A DNA stretch of 52,130 bases from Nemertoderma westbladi (Eukaryota > Animalia > Xenacoelomorpha). The DNA lies in NCBI GenBank assembly GCA_032718475.1, contig JAUCBJ010003209.1, positions 1-52,130 of the forward strand, in the 5' to 3' direction. The notes beneath the pieces are model-generated. The model did not search any database. It was not told where the DNA came from and saw only the letters and a list, made by a program, of their open reading frames with translations. Shown here piece by piece: positions 23,698 through 35,190 of the stretch. Each line of letters opens with the position of its first letter. The stretch's first letter is position 1. A program made the translations under genes and the position numbers.

Positions 23698-26600
23698 GAT
23701 TGATTTAATTATATTATTATATTCCTATTTATTTAAAATTTATTTATTTATTTAAAATAGCTAGCTACAACTATATTTTGCAGTAATGAATGGTTTTAAA
23801 CTCAACCAGAAAGATCTAGATCTTGGTATTCCATTCTCCAAATCGTGGCGATGTTGCCAGTGCACCACGCGGGGAGGCTGTAATAATAGGATATGTAGTT
23901 GCATCAAAGCCAAGAAGTCATGCAACCACTGCATTCTATGAAAAATTTTGGGCAAAAACCCAAAGAATTTGGGAACTTGTCAGATACACGAAACCGGTTC
24001 GGCTTTGGAGGTTGCAAAAGGTAACAATACAAACACTCTGATTTTAGATGGTGATCTAGACCGTACACTTGTACCAGACGGCACTAACTATACGACAGAT
24101 GCGGATTTGTCAATGGATACTTCGCTTCTTGATCGTTCACATGTGTCAGATTATACAGTTGATATTGACTTGTCACTGGATCTTACACTGATGCCCAGTC
24201 CAAGGGAAAATGAGGCACTTCCCCTATCACTGGACCATCATTCTCCGAACAGAATTTGCCTTTCTCTCCCGAGCAAAATCTTGAGTCAGCATTCGGCGGC
24301 GTTAGGGTAAATGCTACTGGCACCTCTACTGACCCTTTCTGGGCAGATTGCTACGAGCGTCTAACAAGGATTCCGAGTCGGTGGTACATTGTTCCAGAGG
24401 CAATGTTGGCCGGAAGGCTGCTGGTTTGTTCTCAGATAAGATCAGTTTGCTGAATAGAGGAATCCACCCATCGGAACATTTTCTTTGTTTTGCTGCCTCC
24501 ATGTTTCAGAGAGATCCTGGGGTTTTCAAGGGGCCTGACATTCGGCGAACTGTGCTGCGCCGCTTCGGAATGTGGAGTGCGGTGAATACGAACAGCTGAT
24601 TCGGGATGCAGAGTGATGCAACTCTAACTGCACATCTTCGAAGGGACGCTCTAAGAAATCCACCACAGGTAATACCACCCGCATTTTCAACCAGAAGGTA
24701 CTGGCGAGACAGAACCGGGCCGCACTCCGAGGGGTTACTGATAGGGATGGAGGAGGGGTCCTAGACCCCAACTCTCAGGCTGAGGGCTACTCCGACGGTG
24801 TGTAAGTTCGCCAGGTCCTGAATCAAAGCATCCTAACCCAACCTCACCTCCCCAAGATATCTTTATTACTCCAGAGGATGGACTCCCACCCTTTGAGGAA
24901 GTTGACATCACCGCTCAGGTCGTCCTCTCAAAGTTGCTCAGTCTCTTCAGGGTAGCGCCGGACCAGTGGGTGGTAATGAGGAGTTCTGGCATGCTTTGCT
25001 AACCCGCTACGATACCCACAGTAGTCGGCTTCAGGAGGCCTTCGCGGCCCTTGGTTGTCTTTTGGCGAATTCTGTAGTACCCTGGGGGGAGATTTGGGCC
25101 CTCCAAGCTTGTCGCCTCGTCGCTCTTGACAAGTACACGGGGTGCGACCCATAGGGATTGTGTAGGTCCCATATAGACTTCTTGCTAACTGCATGGTGTC
25201 GGCCACCAAGTACGATATAAGTCAGACGTGTGGAGTGGATCAGCTATGTACAGTACTGGTGTTAAGGTGGGAATAGAGGGGGCAGTACACTCGATGACAG
25301 AGCTATTCGACAATGAGGATTCAGACTGTATATTGCTTGTTGATGCAAAAAATGCCGTCAACTCCATCAGCCGTTCAGCTTCATTGTGGAACTGCCGAGT
25401 CAACTGGCACAGGTGCTCCCGGTTCATGATCAATGCCTATAATGGCCATGCAGCCCTCTATATCCATGGTGACAACCGACCCATATGTAGCAAAGAGGGC
25501 TACATCCAGGGTGATCCACTGGCAATGGGCGGATACGGGTGCACCACTCTACCACTGATTTGGGCCCTTCGTATTATGCCAGGCGATTCGACATTAGTTT
25601 CTGAAATGATTACTTCTTTTCCGACATCTGTGACAATGCCAACGTCTTCCATTACATATCTAACTTCTACCCCAGCTCCACCAACCGCAACGACGCCGAC
25701 TTCTACTCCAGCTCTGACATCCGTGATGCCACAGAATTCTACTCCGGCTCTGACATCCATGACAACTTCTACTCTGGCTCTGACAACCGAAACGACACCG
25801 ACTTCTACTCTCGCTCCGACAACCGCAACAACGCTGACTTCTACACCATCTTTGATATCTGCGCCGATGCCAACTGCTGCCAGTGCTGGTATGCCGATCA
25901 TGCGTCAGCAGTAGGCAGAATAGTGGCTGTACAATGTTGGATAGCAGATAGGTCCATCCATTGGCTATTGACCCGAGCCAACCAAAAGTCAGCTCGTCAT
26001 AAAGCATGGAATGGAAGACACCGCTCAAGAGTTGTTTGGCTCCGACGGAGTCAGCATTGTTTACAGCCATCGCTTTCTTGGTGGCTATGTTGGTGATGCG
26101 CCGGTAAGAAGAAATTCGTCTCTGAAAAGGTGATGGGCTGGACAAACTCGATAGAGGTTCTTTCGAACGTTGCCACACAGTTTCCTCAGACTGCACACTT
26201 AGAAATGAGTCGATGTTTGCAGGGTGAGTGGGACTATGTCCTCCTTGTTTGTAACCCAGAAGAGGCCGAACTCACCCCTGTCTGGACAGCCATTGTCGAC
26301 CTCTACTTACCAGCACTATTTGGGACTACTCCCGGACCAACACTCGAGCCCCTTCTCCTTCTCCCAGTCCGTCAAGGCAGTGTGGGTATCCGGGATCCCA
26401 TCACGCGATCTGGATCCACCCACCTCACATCGATTTCCGGCACAGCAAAGGTAGTGGACGCTATTAAGACTGGATTCACGTTGCAGACCACGCCGCCTGC
26501 CTCAAGGCGGGCCTCACTGACTGCCGACAGGCACAATACATCACCTTCAAAGCCACCATCGAGTCCTCCCTAGCTGCACTCCCTTCGGAGCAGGGTCGAA

Positions 26601-28067
26601 CTGTTAACCAGGCCTCACAGTATAAGACTGGTGGTTGGCTCTCGGACCAACCATCACAAACAGACCACACCGACCTAGACCCGCAGCCATTCCATGATAA
26701 CCTCGCCCTGCGGTATGGCCTCGCACCCCCTGACTGCTTCCCACTTACTGCGAGGGCTGTGGCGAGTCATTTGATACGGCACACGCCCTCAGCTGCAAGG
26801 TCGGGGGGCTGGTCATTAGTCACCACAATGAGATCCGGGACGTCTTCGGCGACCTACTGGTGGGGGCCTTTGGTTCAAACAATGTCGAAAGGGAGGTCCC
26901 CTGTCTGGAGGTCACCTGGACTCCCAGGGGCATGTGGTCGAGGGGGTGAGGGCTGATCTGGTCTCACGGGGTGTTTGGGCAAACCAGGTTTTGGCGTCTT
27001 TCGACGTCTCGATTATAAATATTGATGCCACTTCCTACATTCGCTCCAACAGCTCCGCTGAGACTTTACTCGCCCAGAGGGAGCAGGTCAAACGCATCCA
27101 CTACCAGGAGGCCTGCAACACACGCAGGATGCACTTCACACCGCTCGTGTGTTCCACTGATGGAGTGTGGGGTGCGGAGGCGGCGGTCTTCATCCGGCAC
27201 CTTGCTGAGACTCTGCAGTCTAAGCAGGTCGGGATGAGGCAGCGTGGGTTGGAGGTGGTGCTTGGTGTGGTGAGGACGGCTGCAGTTCGGTCTCCTTCGG
27301 GCGACCTCTCTGTGCCTGAGGGGTGGGAGGGGGCCTTGGCGTGATCTCGGGTTTGGGGATGGGGCGGGGATCCGGGGGATAGACCAGGACATGTACTAGG
27401 GGGGGGGGGGGGGGGTTGCTATTGTCTCCCGGTTTGCTGGACTCCCAGGGGCATGTGGTCGAGGGGGTGAGGGCTGATCTGGTCTCACGGGGTGTTTGGG
27501 CAAACCAGGTTGTGGCGTCTTTCGACGTCTCGATTATAAATATTGATGCCACGTCCTACATTCGCTCCAACAGCTCCGCTGAGACTTTACTCGCCCAGAG
27601 GGAGCAGGTCAAACGCGTCCACTACCAGGAGGCCTGCAAAACACGCAGGATGCACTTCACACCGCTCGCGGCGGTCTTCATCCGGCACCTTGCTCAGACT
27701 CTGCAGTCTAAGCAGGTCGGGATGAGGCAGCATGGGTTGGAGGTGGTGCTTGGTGTTGTGAGGACGGCTGCAGTTCGGTCTCCTTCGGGCGACCTCTCTG
27801 TGCCTGAGGGGTGGGAGGAGGCCTTGGCGTGATCTCGGGTTTGGGGATGGGGGCGGGGATCCGGGGGATAGACCAGGACATGTACTAGAGGGAGGGGGGG
27901 GGGGGGGTTGCTATTGTTGTCGTTCTTCGGGGGGAATGGGCAAGACTATTACTTAATATTGTATAACCAGGTTTACTTATTGGCAGTTACCGGTTGAGTT
28001 TGCTGAACTGTAGTTTTAAACGCTCAATTATTGTTAAAAAAAAAATGTTAAATTAAAAAATAACAAG
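23698..28067 (+). mobile_element. Decayed CRE-clade non-LTR retrotransposon, second family
   Basis: CRLVALDK, GIEGAVH, LVDAKNAVNS, QGDPLAM, LPVRQGSVGI, RADL..RGVW, FDV, E..K..HY. A-rich tail at 28035-28060. Candidate 13-bp TSD gctattcataaat (23685-23697, 28068-28080). Confidence 0.82.
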
Positions 28068-29923
28068 GCTATTCATAAATAAACAAAATGTTCTAGAATA
28101 TGGTATTTTTATTTAATAGAATAAAATAGCCTCATGCAGATGCAAAACCATGCAACATTTGAACGCTCAAATCTCAGTTATTTCCCAACCAAATTCAGAT
28201 TATGTTACATTTATGGAATCCTTACATGGTCAACTTTCCATCAGTACCAACAAATAACTATAAGGTTGAAGAATAACTGGAGAGTAACTGGTGAAATATC
28301 ACAGGAGACACCTTTTTTAAACGCTTGTAGCTAAAGATTGAACGCAAAAATAAAAATTCTGGCTCACCCACGGAGGAGAAGGGAGGTGAAACTATCTCTG
28401 TTTCAAATTTCATGCAATCTCATTAAGATTTGTAGAAAAATTTGGGGGGGGGGGGGCGTGTACCTGAATAACGACACTATGTTCCAGGACATGGTGTATA
28501 TTTGGTGTCTTCAGCAGTTAGAGCGCAGCATGGTCTCCCATATAGGGGAGTATTGGTTCTACTCAATACTTTTTAGGGTATTTTTAGGATTAATATTTGA
28601 AATTTCTACAGCTTTTAGTCTGATTCGAACCCGCGCCACAAACACTATTAACAAACAACTATTGTGTAAGCAGATCAAGCGCCGTATCCACTCGGACACT
28701 GCGACACTATATACTATATATTTAACAGGGAAATTAGTTCAAAAGTAAAAAGTCATGTAATCATCGATAGTTTAGCCAGGGAGAAAAATATGTCGAAATA
28801 TTGTGAGATGTGACGTTTACGTTAATATTATCATGTACATGATGTTCTGTATAATACGTCCAAGAAAGAGCGCTCTTACAAAACCGATTGTGCGTGATGT
28901 AAAGTGCAGCACAAGCAGCATATAAAGTAGAGTTTTTAGGGAAAGAGAGAAATGCCATATAATAATCCGCGCTAATATAATAATTGCATGTTAAATATCA
29001 ATATTACTGAGTTTGTATTTTATCGTATAATTCACATAAATCTGGCTTGTTTAGGTACCGGTAATGTAGTTGTTATTGTTGATAAACCTTATTAAAATAA
29101 ATGCAATCCGTCTCCAGAGTTGTACTGAAAGGGAACGTAACAATGGTGGCAGTAACTACATGCTAGCTAACGTTTATTACGACCAGATGTGACTCATTCG
29201 AACAATAATGGTCGCTTGTATGTATCGATCCAATTTCTACACAATTTTACTCTCGTCGTTGGTAGAATGGGAACAGTCTGTGAGTCGTAAAGCAAATAAT
29301 TTGTTTATTGCTTTGCGATTCTCATAAATGTATTATCATATTTATTTATAACTCTTTCTGAGATTTAACATTTCTAATGACTCATCATGACAATGCACAT
29401 CAATTATTTTATTTTATTTTTTGAACCATTTTATTCAGAAATTTAAATGTTATTCATAATTAATATTTTACCACACCACTTCAATATTAAAATTATTATT
29501 TAATACAATTATTCGTATTTTCTCTATTGTAATAAATATAATACAATAATATATTAAATTACAGTAAACTTGATTACATCTGCAGAATGTATCTCTAATA
29601 ATACGTGAGTTAAGTTCAATAGGTTGAGTTCAATAGGTTGAGTACAGTAGGTTGAGTCCAAGAGGTTGAGTTCAATAGGTTGAGTTCATTGGGTTGAGTT
29701 CAATAGGTTGAGTTCAATAGGTTGAGTTCAATAGGTTGAGTTCATTGGGTTGAGTTCAATAGGTTGAGTTCAATAGGTTGAGTTCATTGGGTTGAGTTCA
29801 GTAGGTTGAGTTCAATAGGTTGAGTTCAATAGGTTGAGTTCAATAGGTTGAGTTCATTGGGTTGAGTTCATTGGGTTGAGTTCAAAAGGTTGACTTCATG
29901 GGGTTGAGTTCATTGGGTTGAGT

Positions 29924-31521
29924 CAGGGCCTTCATAAAATAACAGGCCTGGACACAGAGCTGCCCTCAAAAAAATAAGAGGCCAAGTAGGAAGTTTTCAA
30001 GAATAAAATCATAAAGGATTTACACAAATTGCCAATGGAGTTATGTTCTAGAACAAAAATAATTTAATATTTTATTAAATACTTGTTGTGTGTTGTGAAA
30101 TTTTGAAATTATGGTTAGACACTGCAGTGTCAATAACTGTGAAAGTGGGAGTCAGCGGAGTGCATTGAGAACTGTTTTTGCTCCACCAAAAAACGTCGAA
30201 AAGAGAAAGTTGTGGCAAGAGGCACTACGCGAAAATGGTGTAGTGACATTAACTGATAGTATGGGAGTTTGTGAGAACCCTTTCATTCCAAGTCATGTGA
30301 TTGGAACAGGGCAAAGAAAGCGCCTTCATAGAGATGCAACACCGTTTTCGTGCCGGGGTAATGTGGGAGCAAGCTCAAATTCATTTGCATCAACTGCAGA
30401 GAAGAGAAGACTTGTAAATGAGGGTGAAAGACTAGATGCGGAGATCAGAGAGTTTTTGTCAAGTGACATAATAGTGTCCACATCTCAATTCGATGAGGGC
30501 GAACTATCTGAACCAAACAAGCTATTCTATAACTTAATCCAAAATAATGAAAATGTCGTTCATCTTTTCGGAGAGCATGGTGAAAGCGAAGCTGGTTCTT
30601 TAGTCAGTTTAGACAGCAATGGCATGGTGAAAGTTTTCGTTAACGGTAAGAAAATTACGTTGCCGGGGCACTTGACAAAATGGGAGAAGATATCTCGATA
30701 TAGTGAATTGAATAGTGTGTTAACCTTTGCCAAAGAAGTCGAATGGAATGAAATACATAATGCTACAATAGAAAGCGTTGTGAAAGACCTACAGGGACTT
30801 TCAGATGAGGTAGTTGATGAAAAGCAAAGTAAGTTATTTCGATTTTGCGCAGATCAAATTGAGTTAAGCTGCACTCCTCCAAATCGTCGCCGTTTTGGTA
30901 AACTAGCTGACTTATTGTGTTTCTCGGTGATTTTGCATGCAATTTCCGCTGCTGCTTATCGCGAACTGTCAGAGTTACTATATTAATGGTATTATAAAAA
31001 AAGTTAGCTTACTTTATAACGAAATGGCTTTATATATAGATAGATATAGATATATAGATAGATATAGATGTATAGGCTACTGTATATAGCTTACAGATAA
31101 CGAAAAATAGCCCTTACTTACCCGTTGCTAGGGCGAAAGTCATACCCGATATAGTGGGGTGGGTGTTGGTAACATAGCCCCAAACTTGTTAGTTCAGCCG
31201 TTGCTAAGGAGAAAATCTATGTTGCTATGGTAACTGACTTAAAAATGTGTCCATTAAACTCCCCATACACGATATAGTACTGATTTCTGTTGATCCAATG
31301 GCCACAAAGTTGTTTGTTTACCCATTGCTAAGGAGAAAGTCACTGTTGCTATGGTAACTGTGACTTAAAAATGTGTCCATTAAATTCCCCATACACGATA
31401 TAGTACTGATATGTGTTGGTCCCATGATCATAGAGTGAAATGAAGTAACACTTCCTACTTGGCCTCTTTATTTTTTTGAGGGCAGCTCTGTGTCCAGGCC
31501 TGTTATTTTATGAAGGCCCTG
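29924..31521 (+). mobile_element. Internally deleted P-element-like DNA transposon
   Basis: ~70-bp TIRs CAGGGCCTTCATAAAATAACAGG... (29924-29994, 31450-31521). 7-bp TSD GTTGAGT. Contains a THAP-domain ORF. Confidence 0.88.
30111..30986 (+). CDS. Truncated THAP-domain P-type transposase (N-terminal part only)
   Basis: MVRHCSVNNC...FAPP..EKRKLW...VCENPF...RLHRDATP THAP signature. Ends at ISAAAYREL with no DDE catalytic domain. Confidence 0.8.
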   Translation: MVRHCSVNNCESGSQRSALRTVFAPPKNVEKRKLWQEALRENGVVTLTDSMGVCENPFIPSHVIGTGQRKRLHRDATPFSCRGNVGASSNSFASTAEKRRLVNEGERLDAEIREFLSSDIIVSTSQFDEGELSEPNKLFYNLIQNNENVVHLFGEHGESEAGSLVSLDSNGMVKVFVNGKKITLPGHLTKWEKISRYSELNSVLTFAKEVEWNEIHNATIESVVKDLQGLSDEVVDEKQSKLFRFCADQIELSCTPPNRRRFGKLADLLCFSVILHAISAAAYRELSELLY

Positions 31522-32191
31522 GTTGAGTTCAATAAGTTGAGTTCAATAGGTTGAGTTCATTGGGTTGAGTTCAATAGGTTGAGTTCAATAGGTTGAGTTC
31601 AATAGGTTGAGTTCATTGGGTTGAGTTCAAAAGGTTGAGTTCATGGGGTTGAGTTCATTGGGTTGAGTTCAATAGGTTGAGTTCAATAGGTTGAGTTCAT
31701 TGGGTTGAGTTCATTGGGTTGAGTTCAATAGGTTGAGTTCAATAGGTTGAGTCCAATAGGTTGAGTTCATTGGGTTGAGTTCAGTGGATTGAGTTCATTG
31801 GGTTGAGTTCAATAGGGTTGAAATCAGTGAGTTGAAATCAGTGTGTGGAGATCAATAGGTTGAGTTCAATGGGTTGAGTTCTGTGGATTGAGTTCAATGG
31901 GTTTTAATCAGTGAGTGGAAATCAGTTGATTGAATTCAACGGGTTGAGTTCATTGGGTTGAAATCAGTGGTTTGAGTTAAGGACGTTTCTTTTAGTTTTA
32001 TTTCTATAGTAATTGAGTTAATTGTATATTTTTGAGGGAGTAGAGTAGGTAGTGTCTACTAGAGGTTCGAGTATCATAATAAGCGAGTAATTAAAACAAT
32101 TAAAACAAATTAAAAATCAATATAATTACTAAACATAACCCAAAGATAATGAAATTAATGAACCTCCTTGAGTAGCCCCTAGCGGAGGAGC

Positions 32192-33067
32192 ATGAGACCC
32201 TCGAGTGTGGACCGTCGGTATATGGGTGCCGGTAGGGAACCTCGCTACTGGCAGACTGCTGAGTACCACAGAGACCGCAATGAACCCAGGAGCTCCAGTC
32301 TGGACAGCCAGACTGCCGCGTCCCGTAGCGACACGGTACCGGTACTGCAACCTCCGAGACGGTACCAGTCATCCACCGAGAGTCGGACCTCCCGGAGTGT
32401 CCGAGTTCGCTCCCCCCGGACGGAATCCGTCGCCAATAATCCTTCCTTCAGACCCTCCAGTCCCGTGATTCTCCTAAACCATGGCAACAACAACCAACCC
32501 GAAACCATTCTATCCAACGGTACGCAACTAACCATTATTCGATCACCTGTAGTTAAAAACATAGTTAGCAGGAAAATTCAGACAACCACTGCAAAACACA
32601 CAATACCAATATCAAAGATTACAGATGCGACAATAGACTCTCTGAAAAATAATAACGGCGTGGCATTTAGTTCTCTTAACTGCGCAATAAACCAGCCACC
32701 CAAGTTGCAGATTCAGCTACCACCTGGAGTCAAACCGAAAGTAAATGTAGAACAGAAAATATATTTGAAAAACTTAGGAAACAATCCGAATTTCTCATCG
32801 AATAACGAATTTCTGAAAGTCAACTTGTCACAAAGGAAAACAAACTATTCGAATGATCAAGACTTTAAATCCATTCATAGCAACAATAAGATTACCCATG
32901 GATCTACGTGTAATGATAACTCTGATCGAAGAAAAGATAAACGTAATCACTCGGATATGGACGATGTTGTTAAATTAGGTTTATTAATAAGCTTTGTAGT
33001 CGCTGTTATATTTCATTTTGAACTTTTCAAGAGTTTTGCCTGCATGGTGTTCAAGTTGTTCTTTTAA
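32192..33067 (+). CDS. Orphan 291-aa ORF: Ser/Arg-rich N-terminus, hydrophobic C-terminal segment
   Basis: 876-bp open frame between AT-rich flanks. No recognisable domain. Confidence 0.35.
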   Translation: MRPSSVDRRYMGAGREPRYWQTAEYHRDRNEPRSSSLDSQTAASRSDTVPVLQPPRRYQSSTESRTSRSVRVRSPRTESVANNPSFRPSSPVILLNHGNNNQPETILSNGTQLTIIRSPVVKNIVSRKIQTTTAKHTIPISKITDATIDSLKNNNGVAFSSLNCAINQPPKLQIQLPPGVKPKVNVEQKIYLKNLGNNPNFSSNNEFLKVNLSQRKTNYSNDQDFKSIHSNNKITHGSTCNDNSDRRKDKRNHSDMDDVVKLGLLISFVVAVIFHFELFKSFACMVFKLFF

Positions 33068-33322
33068 TTTTATATTGAATGTATTGAATACCTATAGGCT
33101 TCTATCATTATTGTCCATCTCTTAGTGGTTGTTTTGATCTGTTGGTAAAATTTTTATTACAAATGAGTTGATAGTTATTAATAATTACTTTATATATTGT
33201 ATTGCATCATGTTTTGTAATATATGGGAATGCTTTCTGATTCCAGGTTTTTAAAGGCTACCAATTAAAGTCATACAAAAATTGATAAAAATTTCACAAAA
33301 AAATTATACTACACTAATTTAA

Positions 33323-33901
33323 CCCTATTAAACCCGGCGTGGGGTCAATATGACCCCCTCCCCGTGGTTTTTTTGATATAACTCTGAAACAAACGTAGTG
33401 GAGAATCTGAAATTTTCCGACTTTTCCTAACATGAATTCCACGAAATGTCAACCAAGGAACAAAAAAAGTAACTTTCTCTAATCCAATTTTTTTTCCCAT
33501 TGGTCGAAACTGTAAACATTTAGGATCTCAAAAATGGTTAAATTACAGAAATTGCTTCATTGGGTGAATTTTTATAGCCTCTGAAACATTTGGCAAAATA
33601 TTTCAAAATTTGCTACTTTCTATTTTCGATTATTTGGGAAGTTTATGTGTCTTTTTTCTCTTAATAATCACATGTCTAGGTCAATAGAACAGTAAAACAT
33701 TTCTCTTTGGCCTTCCTACTCACGATTACGAAGGTCACTTCATCTAATATCTTGTGATTTCTATATTTTTTTAAATTTCAAAAAAAAATAGATACACCCT
33801 TGCGAATTTTGTAATTCCGTTACGAAAATGTTCTATTTTTCTTGGTACAGTATTACAAGTTCTACTACCATCAGATATTGAATGTTCAATAATCTCTGCA
33901 T
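33323..33901 (+). mobile_element. Left end of a related piggyBac-like element
   Basis: TTAA|CCCTATTAAACCCGG..GGGGTCAATATGACCCC matches 17393-17500, then diverges. Confidence 0.7.
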
Positions 33902-34000
33902 TACGGTGGCCCACAACGGACAACACAAACCACAAAACGAATGCATAGTGTTCTATGGGGCATAAGTTGCTGTTGAATGCGCCGTGAAAGCCACGGCACT

Positions 34001-35190
34001 TGTAAAGGCTTTTGCGGAATTAGCTGGTTATTTTTCCCGCAAAGTACTCTGTAGGTGTTTTAACGGACATAAAAAGCCGTTTCCTTACTGTACCGGTGTT
34101 TTAGTGGACATCCATTTCTTCTGTATGTGTACTTTAGCGGACATAACTAGCGATTTTATGTCGCAATAAGCCAAAATCCTCTTGATACAGTGTAGTTACC
34201 ATGACGACATCTAACAGCTGATATGTACACGTGTAACTTTTCCTTTGTTTCTTTGTTCGGTCAACCAATCGGAACGATTCTCAGGTTATTTGGACAGAAA
34301 CCTCCGGGAAATCGCGCAATGCATTACGGTTTATGTTTACCTTTTTTCCTGATGCCAGAAGACCGGCTTTGGAATTTCTGTGTTTCAGGCTTTAGCCAAA
34401 CATTAGTAGGCTTTGATCATAGAAACGTATAACTGTTATCATATCACATCCTATCAAACGAATCACACTTGTCATATGGTCATATCTCATACAAACACCG
34501 CATTATTTTTACTGCTATTTACTTTACTTTATATTTACTTTATTAATTATATCAGTTGATGGAATATTATTATATTTGGATAATATCGATAAATAATCAT
34601 AAAACCCCAATCTTCTTGATATACTGAAGGTAAGAGACAGGTTACATAAAGCAATTGCGACTTACATTATATTGGTTTTGGAGTGAATCTAATGCTATTT
34701 CATAGGCACTACATGTGTCGGTTGCTGTTCTCTTTATATGTGACTAAAATTAGTGAAGGTCGGCAGATCGGTGTGCAGCATTGTGCGGTAGTGTGCATGA
34801 TTGTGACAGATAACAAAGCATCTCCTAAAGAATGCGCTTTATACGTGAATCATTAGCCATCCCGTTGTGTTTAGTGTAAGTCATAACTCTGTTTACATAC
34901 TTAGAGCGCCACGTCCTAAAGGAACTGTTGATATTTCCCGAAAGTGAATAATATTTGTCAGAGATTATATATTAACGATCAGTCGAATAATACAGTAGGC
35001 CTACACCGCAATAAGGTCAGAGCTTCCGAATCCAGTCTCCCGGGTATATCCAGCGGGTGAATGGTCGCGCATAGACTGGCTTCGGCTAATGTAGTGTATC
35101 AAATACTCGTCATAGGCTAAAGTCGATTTATAATCTAGAAGACACCTAAATTTGGCAGGTTAAACTGCTAAAGGTCTGAAAGCGCGAACA
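34001..35190 (+). repeat. 5' LTR of the BEL/Pao element (1190 bp)
   Basis: TGTAAAGG...GCGCGAACA, direct repeat of 49754-50932. Confidence 0.96.

Larger units (their letters stand above)
22506..28496. mobile_element. TA-target foldback/MITE with ~400-bp imperfect TIRs (Tc1/mariner-like), expanded by nested insertions
   Basis: TA TSDs at 22504-22505 and 28497-28498. Termini CACCATGTCC...GGACATGGTG. 22506-22910 is an inverted copy of 28080-28496. Confidence 0.82.
22060..28555 (-). mobile_element. 3' fragment of a second RTE copy (related to 7203-7670), split by a 6-kb nested insertion
   Basis: 22230-22505 and 28497-28555 align contiguously with ~7330-7670 (...gtgccatcca|TA|tatttggtgtc...). Confidence 0.8.
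29612..31980. repeat. 14-bp minisatellite (ggttgagttcaata / ggttgagttcattg), interrupted by a P-like element
   Basis: Tandem arrays at 29612-29923 and 31522-31980. Confidence 0.92.
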
